From NCBI GenBank assembly GCA_051530055.1, contig CM121343.1, forward strand, positions 3,008,389 to 3,072,388: 64,000 nucleotides of DNA, written 5' to 3'. Position numbers and translations under genes: made by a program. The notes beneath the pieces were generated by a model that made no database searches, was not told where the DNA came from, and saw nothing but the letters and a program-made list of their open reading frames with translations. The stretch's first letter is position 1. Each line of letters opens with the position of its first letter. The stretch comes from Neoechinorhynchus agilis. Its lineage: Eukaryota; Animalia; Acanthocephala. Of the stretch, positions 9,609-19,950 are shown one piece after another.

Positions 9609-12129
9609 TTAACTAATTTCAGTTACATTCGATTCGGTGGTGCCGATCTCTTCATGGGCTGACGACTGCATAGGAGAGTTTGATATTAGCGGTTGGTTTC
9701 GATGGTCAGTGCAGCGAAGCTCGCTTCCATCCGATGGCGTTGAAATTCCGCCACTAATCGGCAATCGATTTGCGAAGTGTTGCTCAGCTATCATTGATGA
9801 TTGGTGCTGTTGTTGCTGATGCAGCATTGCAGCAATCAATTGGGACTGAAAATTGTGGTCCAACTGCAGATCTGATGGCATAAGTGTATTAGAAGCAGCG
9901 ATACCGTGACTTGTCCCTACGATCTGCTGGTGGAAAAACTGTGAATGTTGACCACCTCCAGTGCAGGTTATCATTAGATGGTCTTGCTGAGGTTGCTGCA
10001 GCTGTTGTTGTTGTTGAACAGTGGTCGCAATGGGTGCCGGTTGAGGTTGCCGGTATATTGCTTGAGCACTTGCTTTTACTGGTGGTTGTTCTGGCGCTTC
10101 TTGGACAGTCCTCCGTGAGGATAAATGGTGGGCGTTGACGCAGTATCTAAGCGATTCTGGAATCTTTCCAGTTAAACCTCTTCGCACTTCTTCAGCTGCA
10201 CACTTTCGAGTCTCAATACAAGCCTCATCGCTGTACCAAGATGATCTGGGGCATATTATAACATTCGGACACTTTCTCAGAGCTAAACTCGGACCGCAAT
10301 TGGGACAAGGTTCGTACACATCTAAAGCAGCTCCTTTCACTTTACCCGATTTTAGAGCACTTATCAATGCCTTCTCATCGATTAGATGGACTGATGCTGT
10401 ATTTATAATGAATGCTGAAGGTTTAAGGAGTCGAATAGTGCTTTCATTCAAGAGTTTAACCGTGTTTTCAGTGAGTGTGCAATGAAGAGTCACACAATCA
10501 CTATCGGATAAAAGTTCACTCAGAGTCTTATACCGCTTTTTGTTAACTCATCTCAAGGCACCTAGATTGCGAAATGCGAAAATATAAACTGAGTCACGCA
10601 CTTAAACTTCCAACTATGTGCAAACCGTGGTTATTAATCCGTGTACCCACCGGGAGAGAACTAAAAAATCATCCAATATTTTAAGAGATTTCATGCGTTG
10701 ATTAACACTTTGTCTTTTAATGAAAAAAGAGTCGATCAAAACGGTGGAATTAATACTAAATTAAAATTCGATCGAGTTTTTCCTTCGAGGAGTTCAGTTC
10801 ATTTTCTCTATATACAGCGAGTTTTCCCTCCTCGAGATTTGTAAACATGCAAATTTTTGAGGTCTCGAGAAGGGAAAAACTCGCCGTATAGAGAAAAAAA
10901 CTGAATTAAAAATACAGCTTCCCAATGTATTTTAAAGAAAGCTAAATCTCACGTCCCTAATAGAAGAACGAGATTTTTAATAAAATCTTCTGCATTTCAA
11001 ATTTTGAAGATTTTATCAGCAACTGATTTACGATGGAAAAAGAAACCTAAGATTAATGGTTAAAATTAAAAGTCCTAATGGAGTTTTCCAAGTTTCTCAC
11101 ATTTGTGTGGAAGATTAAGCAGATGAGTTGGACTTTTTGAGAAGAGTTAAATTATTCCAAACATATTCTCAACTCCATCAGCGATCATCGGGTCGTAGAA
11201 GCCAATATCGAAACCAAAGGCGCGGGCTCTCTGGACGACGCACGAGCCAACACGACCAAAGCCAACAATCCCTAGTTTCTGTCCCCTGATTCTCGTAGTT
11301 CCGTCCACTATTTCACGAAACTTTTCGGATGACGTCGGATGGAATCCTTCGTCACGAATTTTGCTCGCTATCCAGTGGGTCCGTCTATAAAGATTTAAAA
11401 TTAAACTCATGGTGCTGTCAGCCATTTCATTAATCGAGCAATGAGGAACGTTTGATACCGCGATGCCTAACTCACCAGCAGCGTGAACATCGATATTATC
11501 AGTACAAGAACCAATTTTAACAAGATGCTTTAATGTACCCGGTCCAACGCTTACCAAAGTGTCTCCGTTGGATCTAGTATTTGTAGGGCTTTGAATTTCT
11601 TAAGTTCTTGTCGTCCTAATTCCATTGTGCTCCACACAAGAGCACTGTGAGCTTCATTTAGAACCTTTCCGTGAACCTCGGATGCTAATTGTGCGTCGCA
11701 AAACGCGAATATTGCGTCGTTCCGGAGAATCGGCATCTCTTCAGAGCAGTTTCGGGCATCCAGCAGAGCAACCAGTGGCTTGTTGATGACTTGACCACCA
11801 CAAGTTGATTGAGCAAGCGACGTTTGCTGCATGGACGACTGAGGAGTTGACGTGAGTGTCGAAGGCGCTCCAAATGGATTCGTCAAAGAAACGACTGACT
11901 GAGGCGTCGTTGTTTGATGAACGATTGGCATCCTGGGTTTACTCGAACTTGGGACTACGCAGGGCTGGTGCGGTGGAAACAATGGCGCAAGTCGAATTTC
12001 CGGCATCTGCACCACTGCCCCCGGATCGTACGCCTGGGGTTGCTGGGTCAAAGATTCGAATGGTGAAGAACAACCAACAATTGGCTTATTAATCGAGCCA
12101 CTCGGATTAGTCGGATTTTGCCTTTCCAT
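9609..12129 (-). CDS. CtBP: C-terminal binding protein (CtBP) with long N-terminal extension and polyQ tail
   Basis: [18 protein letters not shown]...[76 protein letters not shown]. Three coding blocks (12129-11551, 11557-11156, 10541-9609) whose two junctions do not fit simple GT-AG splicing. Confidence 0.93.
10793..10905. repeat. Fold-back (MITE-like) inverted repeat inside the CtBP interruption
   Basis: About 45-bp arms: TTCAGTTCATTTTCTCTATATACAGCGAGTTTTCCCTCCTCGAGA (10793-10837) and its near reverse complement at 10863-10905. Confidence 0.8.
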
Positions 12130-12419
12130 CTAACGGACGTACGCACTTTTACGTTTGATAAAATATCGAGTCAACGGTACTTTTGTACGAAAATAATAAA
12201 ATTACGCGCAATAAGGCCCGTATTGATCGCAGATTTGAAACATGGCACCGGCTGGCGATTTCTTCCGTGTCGCAAACATTCTGCATGCGAACAAGTTTCA
12301 TTTAAAAAGTTTTGATGCGTTACTGTCATTCTTGTAGCCGCCGCAGACGCTAAATTCGGTCTTAAGCGGCGGATTCAGCATCAAGATTTGAAAATAACAA
12401 CTACAAATTAACCAACTGA

Positions 12420-12580
12420 AATCAAAAATTTAATTTGGACTTCAATATTTAAATTATCGTGAACCAGGGGAAAGACCCAACCTCACAATTTCTCCAGCGA
12501 ATTCAAGTGTTCTTGAGGACCCAAAGGTACAGGGGTCCTTTTCTTTGTTAACTGACAAATAAACGTGTTATTAATTATTC
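12420..12580 (+). mobile_element. 3' end of a CR1/L2-type LINE (or a SINE sharing that tail)
   Basis: Shares GAAAGACCCAACCTCA, CCAAAGGTACA.GGGTC and ACAAATAAACGT.TTATT with the LINE 3' end at 14820-15095 and with 45255-45350. Confidence 0.55.
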
Positions 12581-12599
12581 CAGCGAGATTTCGGGTCAT

Positions 12600-13440
12600 T
12601 TCATTGTTCGCCGGGCAAGTAAAGTCTATGTCGATGCCATTTTAGGCACATCGCTGAAGGATGCGATCTTTGAAACAGGATTATCTCAATGGCATCAATT
12701 GACATTTGCAAACAGTCGTCTTGGGACATTCCTCTTGTTCAGAAGATTCACAACTCTTTCAAAGATCTGGATGAGGTGTCTCATTTCCGGCTGGTAGCCT
12801 GTTACACGAAGGAATCGGGAGCGTGGCTGAATGCTCTCCCTGTAGGTACATTCGGAAATCTCCTTGCTGACTCAGTCGTCAGGATCGCAGTATCCTTGAG
12901 ATTAGGCCTACCGATTTGCATCCCGCATCGCTGCCGCTGCGGCACTATAGTGGACTCTTCGGGGAGACACGATCTCATATGCAAGACGTCATCGGGACGA
13001 TTTCCAAGGCATGCTGAAATCAATGCCATTCTGAGTAGGACTCTAAAAACGCTTTCCCTCCCAAACATTCTAGAACCCACTAATCTTTGTAGATTCCTGA
13101 TGGCGGGAGGGAAAATGTTTGTTGTGGGATGCAACGTTTGTGGACACGGTGGCAAACTCCAACATCAGCCACTCGAAAAAAGGTCCAGGAGGAGCGGCGA
13201 CGGCTGCAGAGGATCGGAAATGCTCAAAATACAGGGAGCTAACAAGAAATTACCATTTCGTCCCCTTCGGTGTGGAAACGTATGGGGCCTTGGGAGGGTC
13301 GGCACTAGCCCTCCTGAAGGACTTGGGGAAACGAATCAACGCGGCGACTGGAGAGCCAAGATCGACGTCGTTCTTGGCGCAAAAAATAAGCATTGCGGTG
13401 CAGCGGGGCAATGCGGCCAGCATTTTGGCTAGCGCCGACG
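12600..13440 (+). mobile_element. CRE-clade non-LTR retrotransposon 3' fragment (zinc knuckle plus restriction-like endonuclease), frameshifted
   Basis: SGAWLNALP...RIAVSLRLG...HRCRCG...RH.LIC...RHAEINAIL, then PDG / LLWDAT...AEDRKCSKY...FVPFGVETYG...ISIAVQRGNAASIL. Confidence 0.85.
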
Positions 13441-13479
13441 AATGGGAGCGTCGAAGAAACTATAAATTATGTATGCTTG

Positions 13480-15095
13480 CCTTTTCACGCCCACATATGA
13501 AAGTTTTGCCAACTCGTCGATTCTCCCCTTAGTTTCGTTATACGAAGTACTACAACATCTCAAGAAATTACCTCGAAATTCGTTCCCTCAATTCGAAATC
13601 CCAAACTGGGCTCTTCACTACATCATTCCCGAACGTGTGATCCTTCCTCCGAATAAGACATCCGATTTCGACCGAATCATTCAGTCCAATATCCATTCTA
13701 CCCGCTCTTTCAAAAAGCATCGAAAAATGTTTTGAATCTCGCCTTCTTTCACTTCTCAACAACAAATTATCGCCCCTACAATTCAGCTTCCGGCCCAAAT
13801 TTTCTGCAACCGGTGCCCAACTTTACATTTATAAAACGCTTCTACGTAACCCCGGCAACAGTCCCTCCCACCTCACCCGTCTTATTCAACTGGATTTATC
13901 GAAAGCATTCGACTCCGTGGACTGTTAACTCCTTCTCCGGGCCTGTTCCGATTTTGGTTTCAACTTGTGGCAGATCCGCTGGCTCGAATATTATCTTCAC
14001 AATCACAAACAATACATTCACTGCCGTTCTACCTCCTCGATCAGAATATCCCTCACCCCAATGCGCACCTCAAGGTGCTACCACCATTTATTTTTAATAT
14101 TTTCCTAAACGACCTCAAACCTCTCTCCTCTCACTCTGAACTTTTCTTATATGCACACGATCTCACCCTCAGCACTCAATCACCACCCCACTTCTTCCTC
14201 TTCTTAACCTCTAACGAAATCACACACATAAAAGATTTATGCACCAATCACAAACTTCACCTAAATTTCTCTAAATGCTTCGAAATGATCCCCGCAATCT
14301 CCCGTACCCCCAAATCCTACCCCGAGCTTATAAATGGCACCCGAAGAGTCATCTTCCTCAGAATTCTTGGTCTCCAATTACACTCAAACCTGATATGGGA
14401 CTCGCGCATTTCACTCTCGCTCAAGCGCAATGCCTTTAAAATTTACATCGTCTAACGTCTCCGCCATTTAAGAGTTTTTTCGCCAGATCGCCAAATTTTA
14501 CTATAGCTTTATTTTGCCCTCCCTCACCTACGACTATCCCGTCTTTTGCAATTTGTGCAAATCACAAATCCGTCGCCTCGAAACGTTTGATAGAAAAGCC
14601 TCTAAAATTTGCGCAATCAAGTTTACCCCGCTTGCCAAATGCCTTTATAAAATTTTCATTAAACAATCAAAACACATCCCTACTTTGACGCCGCAATTTT
14701 CACTACATTTTATTCCCATTTTTACGCTTCATCCTCCTATTCCTTGCACCTCCCTCTGCTTCCGTTACTGTTTCCCTACTGCCCAATCTTCCCGGATATC
14801 ATGATCCGAAATGAGCCGGAGGAAAGACCCAACCTCATAAGCTCTCCTGCAAGCAATAACTGCCAATACCCACGAAGATATTCCCACCCGAACGAATATA
14901 CCTTGACCGGATATTCTCAACCGAACGGACTTCCTCCGTCCTCACCAAATCCGCATTCTATATTTTTATGCCACTATTGTTTATCGCTCAAATAACGATA
15001 ACCTTATCTTCGTCAAATACAATGCCCCAAATAGAACCAAAAGGTACATGGGTCGAATTCTAGTTATCTAACAAACAAATAAACGTATTATCATT
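13480..15095 (+). mobile_element. CR1/L2/Jockey-group LINE, 5'-truncated and degenerate (copy 1)
   Basis: RT motifs LQFSFRP, LDLSKAFDSVDC, APQG, IFLNDL and LYAHD (YADD equivalent). Ends in AATAAACG plus an (ATT/ATC)n tail. Confidence 0.85.
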
Positions 15096-15099
15096 ATCA

Positions 15100-15595
15100 T
15101 CGGCTATGAGTGAATTTCTCTATCTCTTTCCGAAGATTCACAAAGCCATCCTTCAGTACCATCCCATTATAGCCAGCTATGCGTATTTTAGTCATCGCCT
15201 ATCCAAAAGGATCAATGCTTTATCAAAACCGATTCTAATAACTTCCGCCTTTCACGTGAAGGATTGGACTCACGTTTGCGATTGAAATCAAGAAAATAAA
15301 CGTTTCGTACTACAGAATTTTTACGGCCGTGTCCCCCTGCATAAAGATTGAATTATCCGCTGATTTACTCACTGAGCATTGCAGTGAACCACGTTTGGAA
15401 GTTGGCACGTGATATTCTCTAATCCAATGGCGCACGAGTATGACTGAATTTGAATTTGAGGGTTCTTCTACCCGGCCTTGGCTGACATCTACATGCTTGA
15501 GTGGGAGTCGACATTCTTAAACCTTGGTGGCGGTACGCGGATGCTGACCGAATCATACGACAGCAACGACTGGCTAAATGCAAACGAGAATGATA
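15100..15595 (+). mobile_element. Penelope-like element RT fragment
   Basis: LYLFPKIHK...HPIIASY...RLSKRINALSKP...FHVKDW...RVPL, then LADIYMLEWESTFL / KPWWRYAD. The last about 70 bp recur at 26095-26165. Confidence 0.75.
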
Positions 15596-15596
15596 A

Positions 15597-16320
15597 TGGT
15601 AAGATTTCGAGCCGGAAACCGATTTGTAGGGGCGATAATTTGTTGTTGAGAAGTGGAAAAAGGCGAGATTTAAAACAATTTTCGATGATATTTGAAAGAG
15701 TGGACACAATGGATATTGGACTGAATGATTATGTGGAAATCGGATGTCCTTTTCCGGAGGAAGGATAACTTTAGCAGTTTTCAGCCCTGAGGGTTAAATG
15801 CCATATAAAAAGCTGTGGTTTATAACGTGGGTAAGAGGGTCTATGAGTTCGGGGATGATGCAGCGAAGAGCCCAGTTAGGGATTTCGAATTGAGGGAATG
15901 AATTTCGAGGTTACTAATAGAAATGTTGGAGGATTTCATATTTCGAAACTAAGGAGAGTAATGAAGAGTTGACAGAAGTGTCATTTGTGGGAGTGATGGT
16001 TTGTGTAGAGTCTAAGATGGGGAAATGGCTGCACTTTGAGTCAGAGCAGAAGTTCTATGTTTAAGTTCAGAAAAGGACAAATTTGCGAAGGATCAGGGTT
16101 GCGTAAATCAAAATAATCTTTGACGGTCCACCGCCACGTAAAATTACAACCTGAACGAATTTTGGAGGAATGGAAATTTTTCCAGGCAACAAGTATTTTG
16201 TGAGTTAGTGTTTTTTGTAAACGGGGAAAGTCTGGAAATTTGTTGTGATGGGAGTTAGATGCTTGCTTTTGAAGGAGTTTCAAGATGGAGGGTTATCTAT
16301 GGTGGTCCTTCCAGTTAAGG
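15597..16320 (-). mobile_element. CR1/L2-type LINE internal fragment (copy 3), inverted relative to copy 1
   Basis: Reverse complement aligns with 13500-13790 and 36950-37220. Encodes LTHVINHSF...LKTAKVI...ISIVSTLSNIIENCFKSRL...LQIGFR. Confidence 0.8.
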
Positions 16321-16431
16321 CGTATTTTATTGTTAGTAATTTTTAGACCTTGATAAAGGCACAAGATTGCGCCGAAATATCGAATTTTAAAAATAAAATC
16401 ATTTTAATTCCTACGCCAGAAAACAACCCAT

Positions 16432-17945
16432 ATGAAAGGAGAAGCTTCGCATAAAAAGTCATCGTTAGTTATTAAAAGAAGTTTAATACCGTTTTTATGT
16501 TGAAAAATTACTTTAATGTAGTTACCACCACACTGCATTTTAATCATATAAAGTCCTTCGTTATGATAAAGTTTGAATTGTGGTGAAAATACTCGGGGTT
16601 AAGACGTATTTTATTGTTAAGAAATATTTCGAAAGGAGAAGCTTCGCATAAAAAGTCATCGATAGTTATTAAAAGAAGTTTAATACCGTTTTTATGTTGA
16701 AAAATTACTTTAAGATAGTTACCACCACACTGCATTTTAATCATATAAAGTCCTTCGTTATGATAAAGTTTGAATTGTGATGAAAATACTCCGGGTTAAG
16801 ACGTATTTTATTGTTAAGAAATATTTCGAAAGGAGAAGCTTCGCATAAAAAGTCATCGATAGTTATTAAAAGAAGTTTAATACCGTTTTTATGTTGAAAA
16901 ATTACTTTAATGTAGTTACCACCACACTGCATTTTAATCATATAAAGTCCTTCGTTATGATAAAGTTTGAATTGTGATGAAAATACTCCGGGTTAAGACG
17001 TATTTTATTGTTAAGAAATATTTCGAAAGGAGAAGCTTCGCATAAAAAGTCATCGATAGTTATTAAAAGAAGTTTAATACCGTTTTTATGTTGAAAAATT
17101 ACTTTAAGATAGTTACCACCACACTGCATTTTAATCATATAAAGTCCTTCGTTATGATAAAGTTTGAACTGTGGTGAAAATACTCCGGGTTAAGACGTAT
17201 TTTATTGTTAAGAAATATTTCGAAAGGAGAAGCTTCGCATAAAAAGTCATCGATAGTTATTAAAAGAAGTTTAATACCGTTTTTATGTTGAAAAATTACT
17301 TTAAGATAGTTACCACCACACTGCATTTTAATCATATAAAGTCCTTCGTTATGATAAAGTTTGAATTGTGGTGAAAATACTCCGGGAAGACGTATTTTAT
17401 TGTTAAGAAATATTTCGAAAGGAGAAGCTTCGCATAAAAAGTCATCGATAGTTATTAAAAGAAGTTTAATACCGTTTTTATGTTGAAAAATTACTTTAAT
17501 GTAGTTACCACCACACTGCATTTTAATCATATAAAGTCCTTCGTTATGATAAAGTTTGAACTGTGGTGAAAATACTCCGGGTTAAGACGTATTTTATTGT
17601 TAAGAAATATTTCGAAAGGAGAAGCTTCGCATAAAAAGTCATCGATAGTTAATAAAAGAAGTTTAATACCGTTTTTATGTTGAAAAATTACTTTAAGATA
17701 GTTACCACCACACTGCATTTTAATCATATAAAGTCCTTCGTTATGATAAAGTTTGAATTGTGGTGAAAATACTCCGGGTTAAGACGTATTTTATTGTTAA
17801 GAAATATTTCGAAAGGAGAAGCTTCGCATAAAAAGTCATCGATAGTTATTAAAAGAAGTTTAATACCGTTTTTATGTTGAAAAATTACTTTAAGATAGTT
17901 ACCACCACACTGCATTTTAATCATATAAAGTCCTTCGTTATGAAA
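16432..17945. repeat. 197-bp tandem repeat, about 7.7 copies
   Basis: Identical minus-strand ORFs recur at 16544, 16741, 16938, 17135, 17527 and 17724 (period 197). One unit lacks 2 nt near 17386. Confidence 0.97.
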
Positions 17946-18767
17946 AAGACAATTCTAATGCCTTTTTAATCGCGATTGAACTAAACTAATGCCGTTCCAG
18001 AGGGCGATTGAGAAAGCAACCTCGTGGTCATTTTCTATGAAGGTGATTCACGACACCGGCACTGAATGGATTTCTCGTAGTATTCGGCAGTTCGAATTTC
18101 GACGAAAACCTCGTAACCTTGAGAGTAATGTTAACGACGACAATTCTGTGGATCTTGAGCTTGGTGGCGCATCCGTGACAGTTCGCTGCATTATGGTTGC
18201 ATTCACGCCGCCACCTCCCTAATCTGGCTAACTATGTACCAATGATCTTCGTCCTTAGATACCCATGCAAATTATTGCTAGATATCGCGTTACTAATTGC
18301 TTAAATTACTTTTACAGCTTCTTGTAAATGATTAATATCCATTACAATTATTAAACCATTAATGTGAAATGCCTTACAACATGAATTTTTAATTGTGTCA
18401 GACAACACGACTAACTGAGACAAATTGCGACACTTGTAATCTTTTCACTAGACATTAAAAACGTTTACTATTTCAAATGATATTGACACTCTAATTATCT
18501 TTTGTAAGTTTTTTCATTTTTGCCCACTTTGAACCGAAAATACCAACAAAATGCTCACGTGGAAAGGGCTTTAGACGCTGTTTAGCACACTCTTTTAATG
18601 TACAAAATTGAACGTTTTACAAACGTACATTTTATCGCTTGTTCTTAATTCAAGACCATTCGTACACTTTTGTACTCGTCAAAACCTTTGCAGAGCGTTG
18701 AAATTATTCTCTAAAAATTTATAAGTTCCGAAATCGATTATTTTGTTTCGAAGGCAAATTCGGTACT

Positions 18768-18955
18768 AAGTTGACAAGTCGATTTCTTGTCCACTGTTTC
18801 CTTAAAATTGCATTTTATATTTCTAGGAGCCCGTTTTTGATGATTGCACTATGCCAAAAGACAAAGTTGACAAGTCAATTTCTTGACGACGGTTTCTTTA
18901 AAATTGCATTTTATGTTTTCTTTGGAACCCGTCTTAGATGATTTTACAATGCCCA
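18768..18955. repeat. Diverged 96-bp tandem duplication
   Basis: AAGTTGACAAGTC.ATTTCTTG...TTAAAATTGCATTTTAT starts at 18768 and again at 18864. Confidence 0.75.
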
Positions 18956-19950
18956 AAGTTCAGATATTTGCGTCGTCTATTTTACTGCGGATTGCAGTGC
19001 GTTTATTAAAAGGTTGCGACTGTAAGCGACTTGGTTAATTTATTGCGCAAGTTGGCTTCGGTATATGAGAAGGGAAATGTACGAGGGATGCAATGCGGAT
19101 TTTGCAAATGAGAGAGTTTCACGATATCATTTTGGAAGCAGACAAATACAACATTTCGGCTAATGGCTTGCCAAGAAAATATTCGTTATTGCTATGACCC
19201 AAAAAATCATTTTGCTTGATTCAACTTTTGTTAGTTGCCCGGTCTTGCGAATTTAGTTTAAATGGCAGTCACGAAGTTTTTGCATGTAGAATGTGCGGAA
19301 CGTGCCACTTCTTGAGTTGGTTTAAATCTCATCGTTTTCCTATTCGCCTTCGGATGCTTTTTTCGTGGTGTTTTGGTGTCTTTTCTTGTTATTTCTTGAA
19401 TAATCAGGCTAGCAGTGTATATTGTGGCTGCCACTGTTACTTCTGATGATGAGATTACATCACTCGTCGTCGTTTGGAATGGGAGAGTGCAAATATACAG
19501 CGAACGAACTTACTGTCGCCGTAGTTTCTCCCCACTAGCAATATCAAGCCCTTTACAAGATTCAAAGTTCCTCCAGGAGAGTTCTCCGTGCATGCCGAGG
19601 CGATAGCAGAGCAAGATCTCGGTTGCCATTCTGCTGCCATGGTTTCATTGCAACATAGCGACGCGGTGCGCCGTATTATTGGCAGCAGCAAGAGAAAGAG
19701 TGTCAAGAACAGTGTAAACTGCAGCAATATAATGAATATTGAAGTTATTTTTCAGTTTGGCTGCCAAAATGATTTAATTCTATATTTCAAGTCCGGGCCT
19801 TGGTGCACGCTTGCGAATTAGGTTATGTTTGTGGCACGGTTTGAGGCAAGAGATTCTACCATCCAAAGTTTATCAAAAGCTTGTAATCTCGCACTTGCAG
19901 CAAATAACTGATATTCTCGTCTTGAACGCACACGGTCCAACTTTCTAGAT

